Assembly (NCBI GenBank): GCA_963666985.2
Contig: CAXXIA010000002.1
Span: forward strand, 1,632,001-1,696,000
From: Spirochaetia bacterium
GTDB taxonomy: Bacteria > Spirochaetota > Spirochaetia > DSM-2461
Length of the DNA stretch: 64,000 bases
Direction of reading: 5' to 3'
Position numbers and translations under genes: made by a program. How positions within the stretch are numbered: position 1 is the stretch's first letter; each line of letters opens with the position of its first letter. Shown here one piece after another: positions 38,922-49,439 of the stretch. The notes under the pieces are model-generated. The model was not told the origin of the DNA and ran no database searches. It saw nothing but the letters and a program-made list of their open reading frames with translations.

Positions 38922-40181
38922 ATGAACGAAAAAAATCTTCCTTTTACCGATCGTCAGCTTCGAGAGATTGTCCGGGAATTTCCCACTCCTTTCCATATTT
39001 ATGACGAAAAGGCCATTCGTGAAAGGGCGCGCTCCTTCGCGGCGGCCTTTGATTGGGCTCCTTCCGGATTCAGGAACTATTTCGCCGTCAAGGCCTGTCC
39101 GAATCCGTGGATTCTGAAACTCCTCGCCGAAGAAGGCATGGGTACCGACAGTTCCTCCATGGCGGAACTGGTTCTCTCGGAAGCCGTCGGCATCATCGGG
39201 GAAAAAGCCTTCTTTACGGCCAACGAAACACCGCTGCAGGAATACCTGAAAGCCAAGGAAATCGGCGCCATCATCAATCTTGACGATATTACTCACCTGG
39301 AATACCTGGAGCAGATCGGACTGCCGGACACGCTTTCGTTCCGTTACAATCCCGGAACGGCAAAAAGAGGCAACGACATCATTGGAAAGCCCGAAGAAGC
39401 CAAATACGGCCTTACCCGGGATCAGATGATCCAGGCTTACGCCCGGGCGCGGGACAAGGGTGTAAAGAAGTTCGGCATGCATACGATGGTCGCGTCCAAC
39501 GAACTCAACGCGGATTATTTCGTTGAAACGGCCGACCTCCTTCTGCAGCTTTTGGCCGACGTAACCGAAGAAACCGGCGTTACCATCGACTTTATCAATT
39601 TCGGGGGCGGCATCGGCATTCCCTACCGCCCGGAAGATAATCCGGTGGATCTGGAAAAAGTTTCCCGCGGAATCAAAAAGCGCTACACCGAATACATCGT
39701 GAACGCCGCGCTGAAGCCCCCTGCGATCTATTTCGAATGCGGCCGCGTTATTACCGGTCCCTACGGCTGGCTTGTTACCGAAGCGATTCACGAAAAACAC
39801 ATTTACAAGGACTATATCGGAGTCAATTCCTCCATGGCGGACCTGATGCGGCCGGGCCTGTACGGCGCCTATCACCACATTACGGTTATGGGAAAGGAAA
39901 AAGAACCGGCCACCGAAACCTACGACATTGTCGGAAGCCTCTGCGAAAACAACGATAAATTCGCCGTCGACAGAAAACTGCCTCCTATCGAACGCGGCGA
40001 TTTGCTCGTTATTCACGACACCGGCGCCCACGGCCGCGCCATGGGCTTCAACTACAACGGCAAACTGAGAACGGGAGAACTCCTGCTGAAGGAAGACGGA
40101 AGCGTCGTCGAAATAAGACGGCGTGAAAACCTGGCCGACTATTTCGCCACCCTGGACTTTCCGGGGCTGCCGAAAGCATGA
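38922..40181 (+). CDS. lysA: Diaminopimelate decarboxylase
   Basis: TPFHIYDE, FAVKA, AKYG, NFGGG, ECGR, GSLCENND, GAHGRAMGFNYN. Confidence 0.93.
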   Translation: MNEKNLPFTDRQLREIVREFPTPFHIYDEKAIRERARSFAAAFDWAPSGFRNYFAVKACPNPWILKLLAEEGMGTDSSSMAELVLSEAVGIIGEKAFFTANETPLQEYLKAKEIGAIINLDDITHLEYLEQIGLPDTLSFRYNPGTAKRGNDIIGKPEEAKYGLTRDQMIQAYARARDKGVKKFGMHTMVASNELNADYFVETADLLLQLLADVTEETGVTIDFINFGGGIGIPYRPEDNPVDLEKVSRGIKKRYTEYIVNAALKPPAIYFECGRVITGPYGWLVTEAIHEKHIYKDYIGVNSSMADLMRPGLYGAYHHITVMGKEKEPATETYDIVGSLCENNDKFAVDRKLPPIERGDLLVIHDTGAHGRAMGFNYNGKLRTGELLLKEDGSVVEIRRRENLADYFATLDFPGLPKA

Positions 40182-40392
40182 ACAAAGAACTCTCCCGGAA
40201 AACTGCCGTTCTCTGTGACGGCGGCGGTCGGCAAAAATCAACCGCCGCGTTTTCCCCCTTTTACGCGGCCGCCGGCGCTTGCGAATCCGGCTTCGCCGAG
40301 GACTCTTCCGGTACTCTCGACGGCATCGGCGCTTTAAGCGCTCAATGCGTTTCAGACGCTTCCGGCCGAGTGAACCGCGGCGGCCTCGATTA

Positions 40393-40944
40393 ATGTTCAT
40401 CAAAGCCGAAATCTGGACGGTCGGTAAAACGGAAAACGGACTGGCGGCCTTGCTGCGTCTTCCCTCATCGGCCCGCTGTGTTCCGGTGTATCTTGAACAC
40501 GACGATGCCTATTCCATTCTGACCTCTCTCTCCGGAACCGAAGAAAAACCGCCGCGCTTTCCCGGTCTTTTCGCGGCATACGGCGCCGCGGTGGGAATTA
40601 GACCTGAGTCCGTGGAAATTCTCAAAACCGGATCCCCGGAAGGTTTCCGCGCCGTTATCCATTTCTCGGGCGACTCAACCCGATTCTCACTTGAGGCGAA
40701 AACTCCGACCGCCCTTTCTTTAGCGATCCGGTGCGGAATCCCCATTTTTCTCGAAAACACCATCGCCGAGGAGGATTCCATCGGCATCAATTTGTCGGAA
40801 ACCGAAATCCCCTTCGCCGTACAGCTTTCACGGCTCAAGAACGAACTCAACAAGCGCGTGAATGAGGAAGACTACGAGCAGGCGGCGCGTTTGCGGGATC
40901 GCATTAAGGTCGTTGAGGAACGAATGCGTTCCGAGGAACAATAA
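40393..40944 (+). CDS. Bifunctional-nuclease (DUF151-like) domain plus UvrB/UvrC motif protein
   Basis: C-terminal EEDYEQAARLRDRI; DUF151-like layout with divergent conserved residues. Confidence 0.7.
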   Translation: MFIKAEIWTVGKTENGLAALLRLPSSARCVPVYLEHDDAYSILTSLSGTEEKPPRFPGLFAAYGAAVGIRPESVEILKTGSPEGFRAVIHFSGDSTRFSLEAKTPTALSLAIRCGIPIFLENTIAEEDSIGINLSETEIPFAVQLSRLKNELNKRVNEEDYEQAARLRDRIKVVEERMRSEEQ

Positions 40945-41233
40945 TCCCGGCCGCGGCCGCGCTGAATTCGGTCCTGAAAATGAAGCGGCGGTTTTTCGAA
41001 AAAAGGAAGAAGGTCCGCAGATCCGCTTCGCAAAGCGATTTTGCGGGTTCGGCCGCCGAAGCCGCATCAAGCATGCCGCTTCTTTGACGCCGCAGCAGCC
41101 GCGCCGTCAAAGAGCGAAAGAACAACACGGCCGACGCCGCGCAGGTCATGATATAATAAACAACTTTTACGGATACCCCGGTGAAACTCATCGATTTATA
41201 TGCGAAACTTTCCGGCACCGCGAGGAGGCTCCC

Positions 41234-43189
41234 ATGAACTATCCGCATCGTGATTGTTCCATAACAGGCGTCGTCGTCCCCGTCTCGGCTCTCAAGAGTT
41301 CCCGGAGTCTCGGCATCGGTGAATTCGCCGACCTGGTGCCCCTGGGCCAATGGGCGGCCAAGGCGGGACTGTCCCTTATTCAAATCCTTCCGGTGAACGA
41401 TACGGGGTTTGAACGCTCGCCCTACAGCGCCTTGAGCGCCTTCGCCCTGCATCCCGTCTACGCCCGCCTCCGGGATTTTCCGGAAACAAGTAATCCGGAA
41501 GCCGGAGCGGCCGTCAAAGCTCTGGAAAAAACCCTGCCCTCGGGCACTCGGACGGACTTCGGCGCCGTACTCTCGGAAAAACTTCGCGTTCTTCGAATTC
41601 TTTGGAAAGCGGCTTCTCAGAACGCTCGAAATCAAGCCGCGGCCTGGGCTAAAAGCAATCCGTGGATTACCTCATACGCGCTATTCTCCTTTCTCCGGGA
41701 AAAACAGGACTTGCGCTCCTGGAAGGACTGGAACTCTCACATCAACCCAACTCCCGAAGATCTGGATGCGCTGTGGAAAGAACACGAAAACGATGCGGCT
41801 TTTTATGTATGGCTCCAATGGAGACTGGAAGAACAGCTCAAAGCCGCGGCCGAAGCCCTGGACGGAATGGGTATTGCCCTTAAAGGCGATATTCCCATTC
41901 TGATTAACGACGACAGCGCCGATGTCTGGGCTCAACGCTCCTATTTTCGTTTGGCTCTGCGGGCGGGAGCTCCGCCGGACGGAGAAGCTCCCGAGGGACA
42001 GAACTGGGGATTCCCCACGTATGATTGGGAGGCCCTCAGACGCGACGATTACCGCTGGTGGCGCGCCAGACTCAATCAAGCCGCCAAATTCTACCATGCC
42101 TTCCGTATCGACCACGTCCTCGGGTTTTTTCGAATCTGGGCGATTCCGGAAAACGACATTTCCGCGCTTATGGGGCATTACGCACCTTCGGCGGCCATTA
42201 CCCGCGACGAACTGAAGCGCCTGGGGTACGACGAGGGACGCATTACATGGCTTTCCCGATGCCATATTTCCGGAGGAGAACTGCGGGATGTTTTCGGTTC
42301 GGAATCGAATCTCGTAATGGAAATGCTGGAACAGGTCGGTTCGGAAGATCTCTGGCGCGACACCGCCGACGGCCCGACCGAAAAGGACGTTTCCGCCTCA
42401 AAACTCAGCGACGGTGCCAAAAACGCGCTCATCGGATATCTCCGGAACAGAACCTTCGTTATCGATCCTTCCGGCGGATTCCATGCTTCCTCCGTCTTCG
42501 GCTCTACGCGGGGATGGCAAAGCCTGAACGATGAAGAGCGCGCCGCCTTGGGCGGGCTTATCGACCGAAAAGGCGCCGAGTCCCTGCGGCTCTGGGAAAA
42601 AACGGGCCGGGAGCTTCTGGCGATGATGAAAGAGAACGGAGGCATGCTGGTCTGCGCCGAAGATCTCGGCGCCGTACCCGACTGCGTTCCGATTGTCCTG
42701 GCCGATCTTCATATCCTGGGACTCAAAGTAACCCGCTGGACCAGGCGCTGGTCCGAGCCGGGGCAGCCCTATATTCATCCCTCGGATTATCCGCGCCTTT
42801 CGGTAACAACCGGCTCGGTTCATGATTCCACGACACTCCGGGGATGGCTTTCGGGCGAAGCCGCGCGCGACGAAGAGCTCAGAAAGGGTCTTGATCTGCC
42901 CAAGAATCTTAACCTTGCGAAACCCGAAGCGGCGGCGGCCGTGCTCGAAGCCCTTCAAGACGGCCGCTCCCTGGTGGCCGCCCATCCTCTTCAGGATCTG
43001 TTGGCCCTCGATTTGAACTGCGTGGAAAAAAATCCCGACGATGAGCGGATTAATGTTCCCGGGACGGTTTGGGAAACCAACTGGACGTGGAGAATGAAGC
43101 CTTCACTCGAAGAACTCATGAAGAATAAAAAGCTGATTTCCCGTTTGAAAACCTTATCGGCCCGCCGGAAAAAAGGAGTTGCCTCATGA
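41234..43189 (+). CDS. malQ: 4-alpha-glucanotransferase (GH77)
   Basis: QILPVNDT, SPYSALSAFA, GAPPD, QNWGFP, RIDHVLGFFR, AEDLG, HD; GAGGAGG RBS before ATG 41234. Confidence 0.95.
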   Translation: MNYPHRDCSITGVVVPVSALKSSRSLGIGEFADLVPLGQWAAKAGLSLIQILPVNDTGFERSPYSALSAFALHPVYARLRDFPETSNPEAGAAVKALEKTLPSGTRTDFGAVLSEKLRVLRILWKAASQNARNQAAAWAKSNPWITSYALFSFLREKQDLRSWKDWNSHINPTPEDLDALWKEHENDAAFYVWLQWRLEEQLKAAAEALDGMGIALKGDIPILINDDSADVWAQRSYFRLALRAGAPPDGEAPEGQNWGFPTYDWEALRRDDYRWWRARLNQAAKFYHAFRIDHVLGFFRIWAIPENDISALMGHYAPSAAITRDELKRLGYDEGRITWLSRCHISGGELRDVFGSESNLVMEMLEQVGSEDLWRDTADGPTEKDVSASKLSDGAKNALIGYLRNRTFVIDPSGGFHASSVFGSTRGWQSLNDEERAALGGLIDRKGAESLRLWEKTGRELLAMMKENGGMLVCAEDLGAVPDCVPIVLADLHILGLKVTRWTRRWSEPGQPYIHPSDYPRLSVTTGSVHDSTTLRGWLSGEAARDEELRKGLDLPKNLNLAKPEAAAAVLEALQDGRSLVAAHPLQDLLALDLNCVEKNPDDERINVPGTVWETNWTWRMKPSLEELMKNKKLISRLKTLSARRKKGVAS

Positions 43190-46100
43190 AGCGGCCCACT
43201 ATCCAGCTGCCCGTTTCCCGCCGTGCCAGAAGACTTCTGGAATTCCCGGAAAACCGATACGGCGACAACGGTTATCTGAAAATTCACGGTCCCAGAGACG
43301 CCAGAGAAATCGCGGCACGATATCATCACATCGACTCGGCGGTTCATCCGTCTGCGGCCGACATCTACGGGGCCTCGCTAATCGTTACGGCTTGGCGGCT
43401 CCTTCTGAAACAGTGGAATGAAGACGGAGACGGACACGAAGAAGCCGCCTTATCGGCCGTCCGCACCGTTCTGAACCGGGAAAAGACCGATCTTGTTCTC
43501 GCTGAAATTGTCTCTTCTTATCCGACTGACGATGTCTGGCACGGCCGGGCAACTCCGGGCGAATCCGTCGGCCGCACCACTGCCGACAATAACGGCCGTC
43601 TTGCCACGCTGCATGTGAAAACGCTCGTTACTTTAGCCGAAGGAAATCCCGCCTTCGCTCCTTTTCGGGGGCTATTCACGAACCCTGATGCTCCGGGAGA
43701 AGAAACCCTCAAAGCCTGGGAAGCCGTCGAAGCGGCGGATGGAAACCAAAAGCCGCGCCTTCCGGAGGATGATACGCCGCTTTCCACCCTGCGGCGGCCC
43801 ATTAATGCGGCTCCGTATTCCATCAAAGATCAGCTTCTTTACATCCTGACGCACTGGGGCGCTCTTCTCGGAGATTGGATGGCCGGCATCATCGGCGCGC
43901 TGGATATGATTGAAGAGGAAACCCGCCCCCGTTTCCACGGTCCCGGACCGGCGCGGGGTCCGGGAATCCACGGCTTGGACGGCATTGCACGATTCAGCAA
44001 CGACGACGACTGGATGCCGCGGGTGGTGCTCTTGGCGAAAAATGTCCTTGTCTGGCTTCATCAGCTCTCGGTAGCCTACGGACGTTCCGTCAAGACACTC
44101 TCGGATGTTCCCGATGAAGAGCTGAACCTCATGGCGTCCCGCGGATTCAACGCCTTGTGGCTCATCGGTCTCTGGGAACGCAGCCCGGCAAGCCGGGACA
44201 TTAAAAGGCGAATGGGAAATCCCGAAGCCGCCGCCTCCGCCTATTCTCTTTACGGCTATGAAATCGCCGCGGACATCGGCGGCTGGGGCGCTCTGGAAAA
44301 CTTACGGACCCGGGCCGCCGCCAGAGGAATCCGGCTTTCCAGCGACATGGTCCCCAATCATGTCGGTATCGATTCCGACTGGGTCCGGCATCATCCGGAG
44401 CGCCTGCTGGCACTGGAAGAGTGTCCCTATCCCGGCTACAGATTCAACTCCGACGATCTTTCCGGCGATTCCGGAGTCGATATCCGCCTTGAAGATCATT
44501 ATTACGATCGAAGCGACGCGGCCGTTGTGTTTCGCCGGGCGGACAAATCATCGGGAAGAACTCTCTACGTTTACCACGGCAACGACGGAACCTCCATGCC
44601 GTGGAACGACACCGCGCAAATCGATTTTCTGAATCCCGAAGCGCGTGAAGCGGTGATTCAGGACATTCTCCATGTGGCGAAAAACTTTCCCATTATCCGT
44701 TTCGATGCCGCCATGGTTCTGGCCCGGAAACATATCAGACGATTGTGGTTTCCCGCCCCCGGCGCCGGCGGAGCCATACCGTCGCGTTCCGAGCACGCTC
44801 TTACGGACGAGGAATTCGACGCGGCCATCCCTTCCGAATTCTGGATGGAGGTTGTCGACCGCGTGGCGGCCGAAGTTCCCGGAACCCTTCTTCTCGCCGA
44901 GGCTTTCTGGATGATGGAAGGCTTCTTCGTCAGAACGCTCGGAATGCATCGGGTATACAACTCGGCCTTCATGAACATGCTTCGCGACGGAAAAAACGGC
45001 GAATACAGAAGCATTCTCAAAGAAACCTTGGCCTTCGATCCCGGCATTCTCCAGCGTTTCGTCAATTTCATGAACAATCCGGACGAAGAAACCGCCGTCG
45101 CTCAATTCGGCGGCGACGACCGCTATTTCGCCGTGTGTACGCTGCTGACGACGCTTCCGGGCCTGCCCATGTTCGGCCACGGCCAAATCGAAGGCTTTTC
45201 GGAAAAATACGGCATGGAATATACCCGCGCCTACCGGGACGAGCCGCCCAACCTCGAACTGATTTCAAGACACGAAAGGGAAATTTTCCCGCTCCTGGGG
45301 CGCCGCTCCCTGTTTGCCGGGGCCGCGTCCTTCCGACTTTTCGATCTGGTCCGCGACGACGGAAGCGTCGCCGAAGACGTGTATGCTTTTACCAATACCG
45401 ACGGCTGGTCGGCAGCTCTGGTGGTGGTGAATAATGCGTATGAAAGAGCCTTTGGACGGCTGAAGCGCTCCGCTCCCGCGAAGAATCGGGACGGCGGAAC
45501 TTCGCAGGAAGAACTGGCCGCGTCTCTGGGCGCCGACGGTTTTCACGGAAAGGATTGGCTTCTTTTGCGGGAACATGTAAGCGGCCTCTGGTTTTTAAGA
45601 TCCACGGACGAACTTAAAGAGCACGGTTTGGGCATCGCCATCGACGGATACGGCCGCCAGGTTTTTCTCGACTTCCGCTGGGAACGGGAAACCCCCGACG
45701 GTTTGTGGGCCGCGCTCGCCGGAGAATTAAACGGAAACGGAACACCCAATCCCGACGAAGCGATAGCGGAAATCCGCCTGAGACCCATCAGAATTTTGCT
45801 TAATGAATTATCGAAACTCGGCGGAATCGGTGAGTTGGCCAAGGCCATCCGCCGCGGCGAACGTCCGGCGTGGCCCGCCGGCGAACTTGACGCCGCCCGA
45901 ACCGTTTCCCGTCTTCTGGCTCATCATACCGCCCTGGCACGAGCCGCGCACCCCGATGCCGCATCCGGCGGCCTCCGGAATCTTTCTCAAAAGCAACCGG
46001 ATTCCGCTCTCGTCCCGTCCGTGATTTCTGAAATTACACGGCGGCTTGCCGCCGCCGCGCGGCTTTGGCGGCCTTTGAGCGGCGGAATACGGCGAAAACT

Positions 46101-46596
46101 GAATCGGGCCTTCCCCATGCCGAACGCTCTTTCGGAAAACGACGGCGCGGAACTTCTGGCCCTATGGTGCCTCATGGCCCCCATTCTGGAAGCGGCCGAC
46201 CCGAAAAAACCGCAGGAAATTTGGCGGTTCTGGGGATTGGGCGCCTGGATTACCGAATCCGGATTATCAGGCGATACGGCTTCGGCGGCCGCATGCATCG
46301 AGTCGGTTCTGACGGCCGGAGATTGGATGTCTTCAAAGCCGGCCGACACGCTTACGCTTCTGATGTCGCTTTCGGAAATCAGAAGTTCATGCGGCGTGAA
46401 TTTCTGGGACGGCACGCTTTGGTACGATCGCGACGGCTGGCGCCGTACGGTTCGCGCCCTTATTCTTACGGCCGCCGTATCGAACACCGTAAACGCTCAT
46501 TCCCGAAGACCTCTAAAAGGCCTGATTCGAAAATGGCGAAAGGCGGACCGAGCCGCCGAATACCGCTTGGAAGCACTCCTGAAGAGTGCTCGTTGA
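43186..46596 (+). CDS. Alpha-amylase family (GH13) protein
   Basis: DMVPNH, RFDAAM, LAEAFW, NNPDE; start overlaps the malQ stop. Confidence 0.88.
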   Translation: MKRPTIQLPVSRRARRLLEFPENRYGDNGYLKIHGPRDAREIAARYHHIDSAVHPSAADIYGASLIVTAWRLLLKQWNEDGDGHEEAALSAVRTVLNREKTDLVLAEIVSSYPTDDVWHGRATPGESVGRTTADNNGRLATLHVKTLVTLAEGNPAFAPFRGLFTNPDAPGEETLKAWEAVEAADGNQKPRLPEDDTPLSTLRRPINAAPYSIKDQLLYILTHWGALLGDWMAGIIGALDMIEEETRPRFHGPGPARGPGIHGLDGIARFSNDDDWMPRVVLLAKNVLVWLHQLSVAYGRSVKTLSDVPDEELNLMASRGFNALWLIGLWERSPASRDIKRRMGNPEAAASAYSLYGYEIAADIGGWGALENLRTRAAARGIRLSSDMVPNHVGIDSDWVRHHPERLLALEECPYPGYRFNSDDLSGDSGVDIRLEDHYYDRSDAAVVFRRADKSSGRTLYVYHGNDGTSMPWNDTAQIDFLNPEAREAVIQDILHVAKNFPIIRFDAAMVLARKHIRRLWFPAPGAGGAIPSRSEHALTDEEFDAAIPSEFWMEVVDRVAAEVPGTLLLAEAFWMMEGFFVRTLGMHRVYNSAFMNMLRDGKNGEYRSILKETLAFDPGILQRFVNFMNNPDEETAVAQFGGDDRYFAVCTLLTTLPGLPMFGHGQIEGFSEKYGMEYTRAYRDEPPNLELISRHEREIFPLLGRRSLFAGAASFRLFDLVRDDGSVAEDVYAFTNTDGWSAALVVVNNAYERAFGRLKRSAPAKNRDGGTSQEELAASLGADGFHGKDWLLLREHVSGLWFLRSTDELKEHGLGIAIDGYGRQVFLDFRWERETPDGLWAALAGELNGNGTPNPDEAIAEIRLRPIRILLNELSKLGGIGELAKAIRRGERPAWPAGELDAARTVSRLLAHHTALARAAHPDAASGGLRNLSQKQPDSALVPSVISEITRRLAAAARLWRPLSGGIRRKLNRAFPMPNALSENDGAELLALWCLMAPILEAADPKKPQEIWRFWGLGAWITESGLSGDTASAAACIESVLTAGDWMSSKPADTLTLLMSLSEIRSSCGVNFWDGTLWYDRDGWRRTVRALILTAAVSNTVNAHSRRPLKGLIRKWRKADRAAEYRLEALLKSAR

Positions 46597-46628
46597 CGGT
46601 CTTGGTAAGCGAGAAGTAGACTACGCCC

Positions 46629-47291
46629 ATGAATAAGGTGGCTCTGGTGGCCGGGAGCGAAACACTGACCGGTCGGAAACTGATAGAAAAGCTCCTGGAC
46701 CGGGGCACCAAAGTTGTAGCGCCCATTACCGGAAAAGAAACCGATATTGCCGATTCCGGTGTTTCGGATTTAACGGTTTTTTCCTGGAACCGTTCTTCCT
46801 GGTTTTCAACCAAAGCCGTGGTTCGTGAAAGCCTGCGGCTTCACGGACATATCGATTCCTTCTGGCTTTTCCATCATGCCGTTCCCTCCCGAACGGCTTT
46901 TGCCGATACCACAACCGGAGAAATCGAGACGGTTCTGGAACAATCCCTGAAAGGCAGCATCGCTCTGGTTCGGGAACTGGCGGGGCCTCTGTCGCGATCA
47001 AACGGTTTTTTAGGGATGGTTATGCCCTATAAAACCGGAACAGCCCAGGGGCCGATGGATTCCATGGCCGCCGCCGCTTTCACGGGATTCGCCGGATCGT
47101 ACGTTAAGGAAGCCGGCCCGGTTCTCTGGGCCTGCGGTTTCGCCGGTTTATCGCCGGACGCCGACGGCTTTGCCGACGAACTTTTGCGCCTGTCGGATGA
47201 AAAGCCGGACAAACTTCGCGGTCGATGGTACCGTTATTCCGGAAGCCGGAGACAGTTCGGAAGATCCTCTTACGTGGATTCCGTTTTCTAA
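46629..47291 (+). CDS. Hypothetical SDR-like Rossmann-fold protein
   Basis: KVALVAG...LG-like start and HGHID segment, but no YxxxK motif. Confidence 0.55.
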   Translation: MNKVALVAGSETLTGRKLIEKLLDRGTKVVAPITGKETDIADSGVSDLTVFSWNRSSWFSTKAVVRESLRLHGHIDSFWLFHHAVPSRTAFADTTTGEIETVLEQSLKGSIALVRELAGPLSRSNGFLGMVMPYKTGTAQGPMDSMAAAAFTGFAGSYVKEAGPVLWACGFAGLSPDADGFADELLRLSDEKPDKLRGRWYRYSGSRRQFGRSSYVDSVF

Positions 47292-47300
47292 TTCTGTTGA

Positions 47301-48527
47301 TTGAAAGGAACGAGTGTGAAAACGATTTATAAATATATTCTTGGAACGGCCGCCGGTCTGGCAATCGGTTTTCTCCTGAAGCCAAGTGAAAATCTCTCCG
47401 CCGTGCTTGTCGCTTCGGGAGAAATGGCGGTGCGGATCGGCCGATATCTTCTTTTGCCGCTCATCTTCTTCTCTCTTCCCGTAGCCGTTACAAAACTGCG
47501 CCGTACGGGAAAACTCGGTCTTCTTCTTTCCCGATCCGCGCTTTACATGGTAATCGCTTCCGCGGTTCTCGCCGTTTTGGGAACCTTCACCGCCTGGATT
47601 ATAGGATTTGGAAGAATTCCCGTTATTCCCGGCGTTCGGCCCGAAGTGGAAGTAACGACGCTGGGAACCATTGCACGAAGTGTTCTGGAAACAAACAGCT
47701 TCCGGGCCCTGGCGGGAGAATCATCCTTTCTCCTGCCGCTTCTGGTTCCGGCGTTCCTCCTCGGATGGCATTTTCACCACGACAGAGAAATCGCGGAACC
47801 CGCGTTCAACCTTTTTGATTCTCTTTCCAGAATCCTGTATCGGGCCAACCGCTACATACTCCTGCTGATGCCGTTCTTTTTGGCCGTTCTGACGGCCTCC
47901 ACCGTTGTAAACGCCCGAACGATCATCGACTTTAATCGATATCTTCCTCTTTTCGGAGTGCTTCTCGGCTTAACCGTTCTTCTCCTCTTCGGACTGTTTC
48001 CTCTCATTCTCTGGCTGTTCGGAGGCAAACGCTCGCCATGGAAAGCCCTGGGCGGAATCTGCTGCGCCCTTTGGGGATCGTTCATCTCGGCCTCGCCTCT
48101 GTTCAACTATGGAAATTTAACGGTTCATCTTAAAAAAAATCTCCGCGTCCGCAGGCAAACGGCGGCCCTCATCGCCCCCTCGTACCTGATGTTCGCCAGG
48201 GCGGGAACGGCCATGGTATCGGCGGTCTGCATGCTGACCGTTATTCGATCTTTCTCCAGTCTGGAAATCACCTTGTTTCAGGCCGCATGGACCGCCGTGT
48301 TTTCCTTTCTGGTCTCTTTTGCTCTTCCGGCCACGCCGGATAAAGGCTTAACCGCGGCACTGATAATGATGGGCTCTCTCTACGGTCGCGGCTTGGACGA
48401 CGGCTGGCTGATCCTGGCGCCGGCCCTGCCGCTTCTTACCATGATCACCGCGCTCCTGGACACCGCTACCGGCGCCCTTTTAATACTCCTGGCCAACAGA
48501 AGATGCGGACTGGAGAGTACGAAATAA
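47301..48527 (+). CDS. Dicarboxylate/amino acid:cation symporter family
   Basis: Polytopic membrane protein; LLLPLIFFS and FARAGTA (degenerate NMDGT region); start uncertain. Confidence 0.7.
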   Translation: MKGTSVKTIYKYILGTAAGLAIGFLLKPSENLSAVLVASGEMAVRIGRYLLLPLIFFSLPVAVTKLRRTGKLGLLLSRSALYMVIASAVLAVLGTFTAWIIGFGRIPVIPGVRPEVEVTTLGTIARSVLETNSFRALAGESSFLLPLLVPAFLLGWHFHHDREIAEPAFNLFDSLSRILYRANRYILLLMPFFLAVLTASTVVNARTIIDFNRYLPLFGVLLGLTVLLLFGLFPLILWLFGGKRSPWKALGGICCALWGSFISASPLFNYGNLTVHLKKNLRVRRQTAALIAPSYLMFARAGTAMVSAVCMLTVIRSFSSLEITLFQAAWTAVFSFLVSFALPATPDKGLTAALIMMGSLYGRGLDDGWLILAPALPLLTMITALLDTATGALLILLANRRCGLESTK

Positions 48528-48582
48528 TCGGGTAATGCGCGTTCGAAAACGATAAAGAGGCCTCGAATAAAGATTCGCCTGG

Positions 48583-48598
48583 GGCGGATTTATCCGCC
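48583..48598. terminator. Hairpin between convergent genes
   Basis: GGCGGAT-TT-ATCCGCC. Confidence 0.4.
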
Positions 48599-48611
48599 TC
48601 CCCGCTCAAAC

Positions 48612-49304
48612 TCACCCTATCCGTTCCGTTTTATCCCGGGACTCGTTTCGATTCACTCGAAATCGTAGCGACGCGGTAAGCGAAGCCTGGAATCCATGAA
48701 AAAAGGGCGCTTCCGTCCAGATGGGCGAAAAGGGCTGATAAAACCTTAATCCGACCAGTGCATTCAGAGTCTCCGAAACAGGGAAAGCCGTCCATGCGGA
48801 AAAACCGAGATGAAGAAACTCGGCGGCGCCGTAATAGGCCGCCCAAAAATCACGCGGTTCCGCGCTTCCGTTTTGAGCCGTCCACAGCGGAAAACGAAGA
48901 TATATCGACGGTCCGCCCTGAATCCCGATAACGGTTTTTCCCGTATGAAAGGCATATCCGACGTGTGTATCGAGCATCAGCCCGAGAACCTTCATATGGT
49001 CGCCCTCGGCTTCGTCACAGGGGCGTGCGATTTCCTGTTCCAAATCTTCGGTATTCCATGAAAACCATGCGCCGGGCCTTAAATACAGACCGCCGGCTTC
49101 TCCGCTCCAATCGAAAAACAGAGAAGCACCGGGATTGAACATAAACTTCGACGGCTGTTTCCGATCGGCTTCCGTACCGATTTCGCCGTTGTATTGAAAC
49201 GTAAAACCCAAATCCAAATCCCAAGCCTTCCATTCAAGAGAATAAGCTTGAGCGGCGAAGAGAAGAATAACGGCCTGTAGAAAAAAGCATCGCTTCACGT
49301 TCAT
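48612..49304 (-). CDS. Hypothetical exported protein, possible beta-barrel
   Basis: Signal peptide; aromatic-rich amphipathic strands. Confidence 0.55.
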   Translation of the reverse strand: MNVKRCFFLQAVILLFAAQAYSLEWKAWDLDLGFTFQYNGEIGTEADRKQPSKFMFNPGASLFFDWSGEAGGLYLRPGAWFSWNTEDLEQEIARPCDEAEGDHMKVLGLMLDTHVGYAFHTGKTVIGIQGGPSIYLRFPLWTAQNGSAEPRDFWAAYYGAAEFLHLGFSAWTAFPVSETLNALVGLRFYQPFSPIWTEAPFFHGFQASLTASLRFRVNRNESRDKTERIG

Positions 49305-49439
49305 AGTTTAGCACAGGAAGACTTGGATTCCTCCCGGTTTCGGAAAAGAGAATAACGGATATTCAAGCCGTAACGGGCCGATTTACACTGCGCCTTCGCA
49401 AATTCAGCCCGCCGAAGAACGTCAAAAGAGAATCCCGAC

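Noticed and set aside
40178..40393. 71-aa ORF bridging lysA and the DUF151-like gene
   Set aside because: It overlaps both neighbours' ends, but is low-complexity GC-rich sequence with no recognisable features; cannot be supported.
38874..40403. 509-aa ORF antisense to lysA
   Set aside because: Typical shadow ORF of a GC-rich gene, with no motifs. The same applies to the many overlapping ORFs across 31-60 kb.
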